Part shown: one piece after another, positions 56,023 through 64,000 of the stretch
Numbering within the stretch: the stretch's first letter is position 1
How the letters are laid out: the number at the start of each line of letters is the position of its first letter
Made by a program: the position numbers and the translations under genes
IMG/VR virus record: IMGVR_UViG_3300045972_000112
Coordinates: 3,227 to 67,226 of that record
Source of the DNA: a virus
Reading direction: 5' to 3' (one strand)
DNA length: 64,000 nt
Notes under the pieces: generated by a model
Told to the model about the DNA's origin: nothing
Seen by the model: the letters and a program-made list of their open reading frames with translations, nothing else
Database searches by the model: none

Positions 56023-56117
56023 TTCGGGAAACCGAAGAAGCGATTAAGTCAGTCGCTTGCGGTAGGCTCTGGGTCGGCGGGAGGTCCGCCATTCCACCCA
56101 CCCATGGGAGCACCACT

Positions 56118-57221
56118 TTGAGTACCTCATCCATCGCGCTCGCGTTCGCGGGCCCTGGCGCGGTCACCCAGGACAACGTCCGTGACCTTCTGAACGACTT
56201 CCTCGGCTTCGAGGGGGAGGACGCCGACGGCTTCCCGGTCCCCCCGGAGGATCGGGAGATCACCCTCATCATCGCCCTCACGGGTGACGAGGAGGAGGGC
56301 GACGGGATCCAGGAGGTCGTCGACTACACCGAGTACACCGACTGGCCCTTCATCGCCGTCGTCCCCAAGGGCGTCAAGATCAAGGACGCCAACGAGGTCG
56401 TCGAGGCGACAGCCACCTTCGGGATTCATGCCACCCTCCTCAACGCGCTCTCCGAGGCTGACGCCGACGAGAAGTACGTCGTGGCCCTCTGGGGCGAGGA
56501 GGAGATCACCGAGGATGACCCACGTGAGACCCTGCTCGATCTGGCCACGGCTGCCGGGTTCACCGTCAAGGATCTGACCGCAGGACTCGACGACGTCGTG
56601 TTCGATACCAGCAGCGACGAGCCCGTCGAGCCGGACCCTGAGCCCGAGCCGGAGGCCCCGAAGACCCGGGGGCGTCGAGGCAAGAAGGTCGAGCCCCTGG
56701 AGGAGGTCGAGGAGCCCCTCACCGAGGCCGCTGCCGAGCCCGCAGGTGACACCCTTGAGGAGCAGGTGGCCCGTGCCGCCAAGCCCGCCAAGAAGGCTCA
56801 GGTCGTCTCGGAGTCCTTCGACCTGACCGGCACGCTCGCGGTCCTCCAGAAGGTCTACACGCCGCTCCGGCTGGCCGACGAGATGCGTGCGGCTGCCAGC
56901 CTCACCGAGATCCAGTACGGGCCTCTCACAGCGCTCGTGAAGGGCGAGATCGACCGCCTCGCGGGACTGGCCACGGAGTTCGTGGAGGTCCCGGAGGAGC
57001 CCGCACAGCCCCAGGTGGAGGCACCTGCTGCCGAGGAGCCCAAGCGTCGCGTCGGTCGTCCCCGCAAGGACCCGGACTCCGAGGACATGGTGACCCTCAT
57101 CGACTACGAGGACGGCACGTTCAGCGTCGCGGGTCGAGGTCGTCCCCGCAAGGACGAGGTCCGCAAGCAGGTCACGAAGGCCGAGTTCGAGGCACTCAAG
57201 AAGGCCGGGAAGATCGAGTAG
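56118..57221 (+). CDS. acidic protein with AT-hook-like motifs
   Basis: GGAG RBS, TTG start; GRPRK twice. Confidence 0.75.
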   Translation: MSTSSIALAFAGPGAVTQDNVRDLLNDFLGFEGEDADGFPVPPEDREITLIIALTGDEEEGDGIQEVVDYTEYTDWPFIAVVPKGVKIKDANEVVEATATFGIHATLLNALSEADADEKYVVALWGEEEITEDDPRETLLDLATAAGFTVKDLTAGLDDVVFDTSSDEPVEPDPEPEPEAPKTRGRRGKKVEPLEEVEEPLTEAAAEPAGDTLEEQVARAAKPAKKAQVVSESFDLTGTLAVLQKVYTPLRLADEMRAAASLTEIQYGPLTALVKGEIDRLAGLATEFVEVPEEPAQPQVEAPAAEEPKRRVGRPRKDPDSEDMVTLIDYEDGTFSVAGRGRPRKDEVRKQVTKAEFEALKKAGKIE

Positions 57222-57229
57222 CAAGTAGC

Positions 57230-57279
57230 GAGGGCCCCTCCCCCCGGGACCGAAGTCAACCAGCCGGGGAGGGGCCCTC
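57230..57279 (+). terminator. intergenic hairpin
   Basis: GAGGGCCCCTCCCC...GGGGAGGGGCCCTC. Confidence 0.55.
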
Positions 57280-57363
57280 ACCGGCTACCGAGGCCCACCA
57301 CAAACCTCTCGAACCGGCGCAACGCAAGAGTACTACAGGAATCAACTCACCACTAAGCGGGAC

Positions 57364-58314
57364 ATGATGCTTGAAGCAGACGTTATCCGGATCGAGCGGA
57401 GCAACCCCTCGGTCTCCATCCCTATCGCCACACTCCAGGACGGAAGGCTCTCCTTCCGGGCCCGAGGAGTGCTCGTCTTCCTGCTCTCCCAGCCCTCTGT
57501 GGAGGTCTCCACAGCCGACCTCTGGGCCTTCTCTCCGGAAGGTATGGGGGAGGGTCGGGACAAGATCCGGGAGGCTCTGAACGAGTTGAAGGAGGCTGGT
57601 TACCTGACCCAGACGAGGGAGTCCAGGCCCGACGAGCGTGGCGTCAAGAAGTGGTTCACGATATCGACAGTGTCCGATACGCGGATTGACTCCCGAGCCC
57701 TGACTCCGGATACCGAATATTCAGGGGGTTCTGGGAATTCTCCCGAGCCCTGGACGTCCAGGGCCTCTACTAACCAGTTACTAGTAACAAGTACTGGTAG
57801 TCCAATCAGCCATCCTTCGGATGAACGATTGACGGGCGTGACCGCCCGACGGGAGTCTCGACTGAGTCGACGTGAGCGTGCCCTACTCGAACAGCGGGAG
57901 CAGGACGCACAGGACCCGTCGAAGTTCATCGACCCGGACGAGCACGAGGACCCGGACCCAGTCGACATCGAGGCTCGGCGCGAGGAGATCACCCGGCGTC
58001 GCCGGACCCGGAGCGTGGGACCGGCTGAGAACCTGGCCCGCTCGTTCGAGTCACAGGCGGTCGAGACCAAGGTCCCCGGCCCGTTCAACCGGGCGGCACT
58101 GGCGAGCCAGATCGCGTCCTGGCGTCGCAGCGGTGTCAGCGACGACGTGATCAGGACCATGATCGAGATCTACTGGAGCCCGGGCTTCCGGCGCAGCGAG
58201 TCCGTCCCCGCCTGGCAGGACTTCCTGGCCCAGCGAGGAGCCCTCACCGACCAGGGTTCTCGGGCAGCCGAGATCATCGAGCAGGATAGCCGACCCGACA
58301 CGTACTGGGCATGA
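57364..58314 (+). CDS. replication initiator (N-terminal wHTH)
   Basis: LSFRARGVLVFLLS...ALNELKEAGYL; upstream of DnaC/DnaB. Confidence 0.75.
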   Translation: MMLEADVIRIERSNPSVSIPIATLQDGRLSFRARGVLVFLLSQPSVEVSTADLWAFSPEGMGEGRDKIREALNELKEAGYLTQTRESRPDERGVKKWFTISTVSDTRIDSRALTPDTEYSGGSGNSPEPWTSRASTNQLLVTSTGSPISHPSDERLTGVTARRESRLSRRERALLEQREQDAQDPSKFIDPDEHEDPDPVDIEARREEITRRRRTRSVGPAENLARSFESQAVETKVPGPFNRAALASQIASWRRSGVSDDVIRTMIEIYWSPGFRRSESVPAWQDFLAQRGALTDQGSRAAEIIEQDSRPDTYWA

Positions 58315-58380
58315 GCCCGGGAGTCGTGATACGGTTCCCAACTGTCACCACACAGAAGCGCTTCACCACGAGGAGAGACC

Positions 58381-58659
58381 ATGGCATTCGAGTTCGATGA
58401 GCGGGACAAGCAGGACATCGAGACCACGATCTTCACGGCCATCGGTGCCGCCAGCACCTGCTGGGAGTCCTTGTGGGAGGCCGGGGTGTTCGATAGCGAC
58501 CGCGCCAAGGAGATCGGGGACGCACTTCATACCGAGTTCCAGGCCTACGTCCGTCAGCACGAGGTCGCTGCCCGACAGGCCATGGAGCAGGCCACCCACT
58601 ACCGCGCCCTGTGGGAGATGGAGAAGGCCTCTCACCTGCCGACTGCGAGCCGGGTATGA
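58381..58659 (+). CDS. hypothetical protein
   Basis: AGGAG RBS. Confidence 0.7.
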   Translation: MAFEFDERDKQDIETTIFTAIGAASTCWESLWEAGVFDSDRAKEIGDALHTEFQAYVRQHEVAARQAMEQATHYRALWEMEKASHLPTASRV

Positions 58660-59297
58660 CCACCGATCCCCGCGTCGACCTGCTCCGGTACCGGGAGTTC
58701 CAACTCCCCACGAAGTACTACCGGGCCCCGGATGGGTACCACCTCTCGCCCAAGGCGAAGGGCTTCGTGCTCAACCTGCACGACCGACTGGTGACGCCCA
58801 GCCGACCTCTCGACAAGTGGCCGGTCGACCCGTCCACTGTGGGCAAGGGCGTCGTATGGGTGGGTCCTCCTGGTCGTGGCAAGACCACCGAGGCGGTGGA
58901 GACCCTCAAGTCGGTCTACCACACCTACTCGATCCCGGTCTTCTTCGTCGCGTTCGCTGACTACATCAGCCTTCGCAAGGAGCAGTGGGGCATCGAGGAC
59001 CGTCCCGAGATGGCCGAGCGCTGGTCGGAGATCCAGACCATCCGAGACAAGGTTCTCGGTTCCCCGGTCCTCCTGCTCGACGACGTCGGCAAGGAGCACG
59101 ACGGTCGCTCGCGTTTCGCGGCGGCGGAGTTGGACTCCCTGCTGCGCGAGAGGCACCGCGCTGCCCGACCCACCCTTCTCACCACCAATCTTCCTCGGAA
59201 CGAGTGGGGCAGGGCCTACAACCCATCCATGGGCTCGTTCGTCAATGAGGCCTTCGACTGGATCATCATGAACGGAAAGGACCACCGCAGTGAGTGA
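58656..59297 (+). CDS. dnaC: DnaC/IstB-like helicase loader
   Basis: GPPGRGKT, LLLDDVGKE, TTN. Confidence 0.88.
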   Translation: MTTDPRVDLLRYREFQLPTKYYRAPDGYHLSPKAKGFVLNLHDRLVTPSRPLDKWPVDPSTVGKGVVWVGPPGRGKTTEAVETLKSVYHTYSIPVFFVAFADYISLRKEQWGIEDRPEMAERWSEIQTIRDKVLGSPVLLLDDVGKEHDGRSRFAAAELDSLLRERHRAARPTLLTTNLPRNEWGRAYNPSMGSFVNEAFDWIIMNGKDHRSE

Positions 59298-59553
59298 CCG
59301 CCAGCACGTTCGCTTCCATACCGGGTTCTCTGCCACGGAACTCCCGGTGATCGACATCGACACCGCCATCGAGCATGCAGTTCGCCGCGTCGTAAGCCAG
59401 ATGGCTGAACTGGGATTCTCTCCCGTCATGTTCCAGCACCCCGAGGTCGAGTTCAGGCCGTACGCCGAGAACCATTCCTACGCCTACCTGGTATCCCTGG
59501 TGGGTTACTCGAATCATGGCAGGCTCGCACTCAGGGAGCCGATCCACGTATGA
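59290..59553 (+). CDS. hypothetical protein
   Basis: overlapping ORF in operon. Confidence 0.6.
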   Translation: MSDRQHVRFHTGFSATELPVIDIDTAIEHAVRRVVSQMAELGFSPVMFQHPEVEFRPYAENHSYAYLVSLVGYSNHGRLALREPIHV

Positions 59554-59999
59554 GGGGCGGGGACATCAGCGCAACCGTGAGTCCCCGTTTCGTCGTCGTG
59601 TTCGAGGACCTGCTCGGCTTCCCTCCGAAGGAGCCGGTTCATACCAGGACCCGTCTGGGTCGCAAGGTGGATCACTCGAACGACGCACGCTACTGGGAGA
59701 TCAACGACCAACTGGCGCGCAGCATCTGGGACGTGGTGTCCCGCTACGACTACAGCGTGGACGTCGTGACCTTCATCGACCCCGAGTTCGCTGACCAGAT
59801 CCGCGAGCGACTGGACGACGAGCGCCTTCCCGTGGGACGGGTCTGGTTCGAGCAGCCACACCAGTTGGCTCGACGACTCGCCTACTCACCTGACATCGCT
59901 GGTGTCTTCTTCGCCAGCCCCGAGTACCGCTTCACCTTCGGTAGCAAGGGCTACCCGGTTGACGTCGCGTCCTCCAACCTGATGGGAGCCCTGCGCTAG
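59550..59999 (+). CDS. hypothetical protein
   Basis: ATGA overlap; abuts dnaB. Confidence 0.7.
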   Translation: MRGGDISATVSPRFVVVFEDLLGFPPKEPVHTRTRLGRKVDHSNDARYWEINDQLARSIWDVVSRYDYSVDVVTFIDPEFADQIRERLDDERLPVGRVWFEQPHQLARRLAYSPDIAGVFFASPEYRFTFGSKGYPVDVASSNLMGALR

Positions 60000-61265
60000 A
60001 TGGACATCGACCGCCTCTTGGTATCCCGCATCATCCAGGACCAGTCGCTCACGGCTGTCGCTGAGGCTGCGATCACCCCGAAGTTCTTCCGGGACGCGGA
60101 GTCCCGCTCCGTCTTCAAGGCGATCCTCGCGCATCACACGAAGCATGGTGCTGTGCCCAGCCTCGGAGCCATCCGACTGGACCACCCCACCTACAACTTC
60201 GTGAAGTGCTCGGACCCGATGTCCTTCCTGATCGACGAGATCCGGGAGAGGCACAAGTTCGCGCTGCTCGAAGACGCGCTGGCGGAGGCAGCCGATACCT
60301 TCAACGAGGCCTCGTCCTCAGAGATCATGAACATCCTCCAGTCGGCCCTCAACAACGTGCATGCGGATGCACCGAGCACCCGCGACACCGACATCACGCT
60401 GACCGGCATGGAGCGACTGGCCCGATACCTGGAGCGCAAGGAGAACCCGGACAGCATGCTCGGGATCCCCACCGGGTTCAGCACCATCGACAAGGCAACC
60501 CAGGGGATCCAGAAGGAGCAACTCATCACCCTGGTGGGTCCTCCGAAGGCTGGCAAGACGACCCTCATGCTGCTGGTCGCCATCGCCGCGTGGCTCCAGG
60601 GATACAAGCCGCTGTTCTTCACGTTCGAGATGAGCACCGACGAACTGACCGAGCGACTCGACGCGTTCCGGTCCGGCATCAGCGCCTCCCGGCTCCGCAA
60701 CGCCACCTTCACGAAGGAGGAGGAGGCACGCCTGGCCAAGCATCTTCGCGCCATCGATGCCATGCACTCCTTCATCATGTCGGCGGACTCCGCTAACGCC
60801 ACGACCCTGTCTGGCATCGCCGCGAAGATCGATCAGTACAAGCCCGACATCGTCTTCGTCGATGGTGTCTACCTCCTCCAGGACGAGAACGGGGAGAAGG
60901 CTGGGTCACCCCAGGCCCTCACCAACCTGACTCGTGGCTTCAAGCGGATGGCTCAGAACCGGAGCATCCCGGTGGTAATCAGCAGCCAGGTGCTGGAGTG
61001 GAAGATGGACCGCAAGAAGGGCATCACCTCCAACAGCATCGGTTACTCCTCCTCGTTCGCGCAGGACTCCGACACGATCATCGGTGTCGAGAAGACCGAC
61101 GACGACAACATCCAGAAGTTGAAGATCGTCCTGGCCCGACACAGCCCATCACTGGAGACGTACGTGATGTGGAACTGGGAGAACGGGACCTTCGAGGAAC
61201 TGGACAGCGACCCCTTCATCGGCGCGGAGGGTGGTGGCTGGGATGGCGAAGGCTCGCGTTTCTAA
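60000..61265 (+). CDS. dnaB: DnaB-like replicative helicase
   Basis: GIPTGF, GPPKAGKT, FEMS, VFVDG, SQ, QDSD. Confidence 0.93.
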   Translation: MDIDRLLVSRIIQDQSLTAVAEAAITPKFFRDAESRSVFKAILAHHTKHGAVPSLGAIRLDHPTYNFVKCSDPMSFLIDEIRERHKFALLEDALAEAADTFNEASSSEIMNILQSALNNVHADAPSTRDTDITLTGMERLARYLERKENPDSMLGIPTGFSTIDKATQGIQKEQLITLVGPPKAGKTTLMLLVAIAAWLQGYKPLFFTFEMSTDELTERLDAFRSGISASRLRNATFTKEEEARLAKHLRAIDAMHSFIMSADSANATTLSGIAAKIDQYKPDIVFVDGVYLLQDENGEKAGSPQALTNLTRGFKRMAQNRSIPVVISSQVLEWKMDRKKGITSNSIGYSSSFAQDSDTIIGVEKTDDDNIQKLKIVLARHSPSLETYVMWNWENGTFEELDSDPFIGAEGGGWDGEGSRF

Positions 61266-62229
61266 CTGGGACCACTTCGGAACACCGGTACCCGGCGACG
61301 TCTACCGATGCCTGGAGGAGATGGGCGTCGAGATCATCCGCGAGGTTCAGGGCGAGGTGCTGGGCAGGTGCCCGATGCACTTCGCGCGTACCGGCAAGGA
61401 GGACGCGCACCCATCCTGGTCCGTCAACGTCGACAGCGGTGTCTTCAACTGCTTCTCGTGCGGCTACAAGGGACCCTTCGTTCTGCTCGTGCAGGATGTC
61501 CTCGACGTGGACCGGGCCGAGGCCGTCGCGTGGGTTCGTGAGCGCGGTGGTATCGAGCGCGTCCGCAAGATGTTCCGGGAGGACAAGGGACTCAAGGTCA
61601 TCGACACCACGGAGCAGATCAACGAGGCCAGCCTCGCACTCTTCATCGACCCTCCGCAGTGGGCCCTCGACGACCGCGACCTGCTGCTCGAATCCGTGCA
61701 TCTGTACGGGGTCTCCTGGGACGACCGCAACGAGCGCTGGATCCTCCCTATCCGTGACCCTGACACCGACGTCCTCATGGGGTGGCAGGAGAAGGGCAAG
61801 GACTGGTTCAAGAACTTCCCCTACGGAGTTCCGAAGTCCAACACCCTGTTCGGAAGCCGCGCGTTCGGTGACGCAGACTTCGCCATCGTCGTGGAGTCAC
61901 CACTCGATGCGTTGCGGATTCATACCGCTGGCTTCGACGGAGCCGTGTCCACCTATGGTGCTGCGGTCTCCCACAAGCAGATCCAGATCCTCAAGGGACT
62001 CACCGACGAGATCGTGTTCGCGCTGGACAACCCCTGGATCGACAAGGCCGGGAAGAAGTCCATGGAGTCGCTGGCTCAGTCGCTGCGGGGGAGTGGGCTA
62101 CGCGTCCGCTTCTTCGACTACGCGGGCAGCGACGCCAAGGATCCCGGCGAGATGGAGGACGACGAGATCGCGTGGGGAATCGAGCACGCCATCCCGCTGC
62201 ACCTGGTGGGTGTGACCCTTGCTAACTAG
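61243..62229 (+). CDS. DNA primase (zinc finger plus TOPRIM)
   Basis: CPMH...CFSC; VESPLDA; LDN; KDPGEM. Confidence 0.9.
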   Translation: MAKARVSNWDHFGTPVPGDVYRCLEEMGVEIIREVQGEVLGRCPMHFARTGKEDAHPSWSVNVDSGVFNCFSCGYKGPFVLLVQDVLDVDRAEAVAWVRERGGIERVRKMFREDKGLKVIDTTEQINEASLALFIDPPQWALDDRDLLLESVHLYGVSWDDRNERWILPIRDPDTDVLMGWQEKGKDWFKNFPYGVPKSNTLFGSRAFGDADFAIVVESPLDALRIHTAGFDGAVSTYGAAVSHKQIQILKGLTDEIVFALDNPWIDKAGKKSMESLAQSLRGSGLRVRFFDYAGSDAKDPGEMEDDEIAWGIEHAIPLHLVGVTLAN

Positions 62230-63868
62230 CACCCTGCATCCGTATCAGGAGGAGGCGTTCGAGCGTGCGCTTGAGCGCGGCTCCATGCTGATCGCGTACG
62301 AGATGGGGCTAGGTAAGACGGTCATCGCGCTGGCGCTGGCTGAGGAACTGCTGGGAACCGGAGAGGCGACCTGCGTCGTCTTCGTCGTGCTGGCGTCCCT
62401 CAAGTACCAGATGGCGCAGGAGATCGCGAAGCACACCGACGTCGACACCCAGGCCATCACGGTCTCACTCGACGGGGAGAAGCAGCAGATCCATATCCCG
62501 ACCCGGGAATGGTGCGTCGTCATCGACGGCAGCCCGGAGAAGCGCGCCGAGCAGTACGCCTACATCACCAAGAACCGTCCCGACTATGTCGTAATGTCCT
62601 ACGAGAACGTGGTAAACGACTGGTCCTACGTCCGCAAGATCAAGCAGGAGGTCACGGTCCTCGACGAGATCACCGCGATCAAGACCTTCCGTGCAGCCAG
62701 GACCCGAAAGGTCAAGCGACTCAAGAGCCCCTACCGGTACGGCATGACCGGGACACCCATCGAGAACGGAAAGCCCGAGGAGATCTTCTCGGAGATGCAG
62801 TGGGTCGACGAGGACGTGCTCGGAAGGTTCGATCTGTTCGACAAGTCCTTCATCGTCCGCAACCACTTCGGCGGCGTGCAGAAGTACAAGAACCTCCCGC
62901 TGCTGCACAAGAAGTTGTCCGATGTCATGGTCCGCAAGCGGAGGCTGGACCCCGACGTCGCTCCCTATCTTCCCGACGTGGACGAGAAGAACGCCAGCGT
63001 CGTGCTGGACGCCAAGACCATGAAGGCCTACCGGTATATCAGTACGGATCTACTGCTGGCACTGGCCGAGGCTAAGCCTCAGGGTGGGGAGTTCGATCTC
63101 TTCGCGCACTACCACGGCGACGGATCCTTCGACAACAACTCTGCCCAGGGCAAGATCATGTCCCGGATGCAGGCCCTCGACATGCTGCTCGACCACCCCC
63201 ACATCATCGTGGCCTCCGCCAAGACGTTCGAGGAGAGCGAGAGGCTGCGGGCCCAGGGTGTGCAGCGCGCCAACTGGGACGGCTCCGCGTACGCCTATGA
63301 GGTATGGAAGTCGGGGATCCTCGATGGACTGGACGACAGCCCCAAGTTGGACTGGCTCGCCGAGACCGTCGAGGAGATCCTCGACTCCCACCCGGACAAC
63401 AAGATCCTTGTCTTCTCCTACTTCCGGGAGATGCTCAGCATCATCCAGCGCGAACTTCCTGACGGCGTGGCGGTCCAGTACCACGGCCAGATGAGCAGCG
63501 GTGAGAAGGCTGCGGCGAAGGCGAAGTTCACCAGCGACCCCGAGTGCCGGGTCTTCCTGTCCTCGCACGCCGGGGCCCTGGGTACCGACATGTACATGGC
63601 CAACTACCTGATCAACTACGACCTCGCCTGGTCGAGCGGGAAGCAGGACCAGATCAACGCCCGCCACGTCCGGGCCTCCTCGAAGTTCGAGCAGGTCTAC
63701 ATCGTCAACCCCATCACGAAGGGGACCACCGAGGCCCGCAAGTACTCCATGCTGGCGCTCAAGCGACGCATCGGATCTGCCATCACCGACAACGTGGGGG
63801 CGGACGACATGGGACGCATCGAGAACGACCTCACCACCCTGACTGAGTACCTCCAGGCAGTGAAGTGA
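62219..63868 (+). CDS. SNF2-family helicase
   Basis: YQEE, EMGLGKT, VLDE, TGTPIEN, Q..AR..R. Confidence 0.9.
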   Translation: MLTSTLHPYQEEAFERALERGSMLIAYEMGLGKTVIALALAEELLGTGEATCVVFVVLASLKYQMAQEIAKHTDVDTQAITVSLDGEKQQIHIPTREWCVVIDGSPEKRAEQYAYITKNRPDYVVMSYENVVNDWSYVRKIKQEVTVLDEITAIKTFRAARTRKVKRLKSPYRYGMTGTPIENGKPEEIFSEMQWVDEDVLGRFDLFDKSFIVRNHFGGVQKYKNLPLLHKKLSDVMVRKRRLDPDVAPYLPDVDEKNASVVLDAKTMKAYRYISTDLLLALAEAKPQGGEFDLFAHYHGDGSFDNNSAQGKIMSRMQALDMLLDHPHIIVASAKTFEESERLRAQGVQRANWDGSAYAYEVWKSGILDGLDDSPKLDWLAETVEEILDSHPDNKILVFSYFREMLSIIQRELPDGVAVQYHGQMSSGEKAAAKAKFTSDPECRVFLSSHAGALGTDMYMANYLINYDLAWSSGKQDQINARHVRASSKFEQVYIVNPITKGTTEARKYSMLALKRRIGSAITDNVGADDMGRIENDLTTLTEYLQAVK

Positions 63869-63877
63869 CACAGAGAG

Positions 63878-63906
63878 TTGATACTGTCAGTCGCCTCGTG
63901 TAGAGT
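63878..63906 (+). promoter_or_regulatory. SigA-type promoter
   Basis: TTGATA-17 nt-TAGAGT. Confidence 0.6.
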
Positions 63907-63938
63907 TCGGGGCACCACAACAGGCAAGGAGAGCCACC

Positions 63939-64000
63939 ATGGCACGAACCATCACCCGCACCACGAAGGAGACCCCCATCAAGGTCGATCTCGTCGTGAA
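63939..64000 (+). CDS. partial ORF, truncated by the window end
   Basis: AAGGAG RBS; MARTITRTTKETPIKVDLVV. Confidence 0.6.
   Translation, partial: MARTITRTTKETPIKVDLVV

Noticed and set aside
63939-64000. HisB-like N-terminus (RTTKET)
   Set aside because: Only 20 codons are visible; the resemblance may be coincidental.

Overview
The whole window looks like part of a large, high-GC tailed phage genome, probably a contractile-tailed (myovirus-type) phage of Actinomycetota (it has an Lsr2 homologue and an actinobacterial rrn-like leader). Layout: small early/accessory genes (1-4.6 kb); an RNA island (5.0-10.4 kb) with 24 tRNAs covering all 20 amino acids, a tmRNA, an AdoMet decarboxylase and an antisense HNH gene; a large serine integrase with a candidate attP; accessory genes (metallophosphoesterase, MazG-like, HicA-like, KTSC, PC4-like); terminase; a collagen-fibre/glycosyltransferase/GH16 block; portal-scaffold-capsid; tail sheath/tube/tape measure/baseplate; then Rep, DnaC-like loader, DnaB, primase and SNF2 helicase. 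The strongest candidate for an undescribed system is the RNA island. A strong promoter followed by an rrn-type boxB/boxA leader appears to drive a transcript in which about a dozen self-contained structured RNA modules sit between tRNAs, including a circularly permuted tRNA mimic of YrlA/Y-RNA type and pseudoknots. Ordinary tRNA processing would release them. Other signals: a strand- and frame-locked TTCATAC motif, a frameshifted and recoded portal 5' end next to a homing endonuclease, a probable +1 frameshift in the tail chaperone, a tmRNA tag ending LVTV, and apparent avoidance of AGCT. All folds, counts and family calls were made by eye, without database searches.
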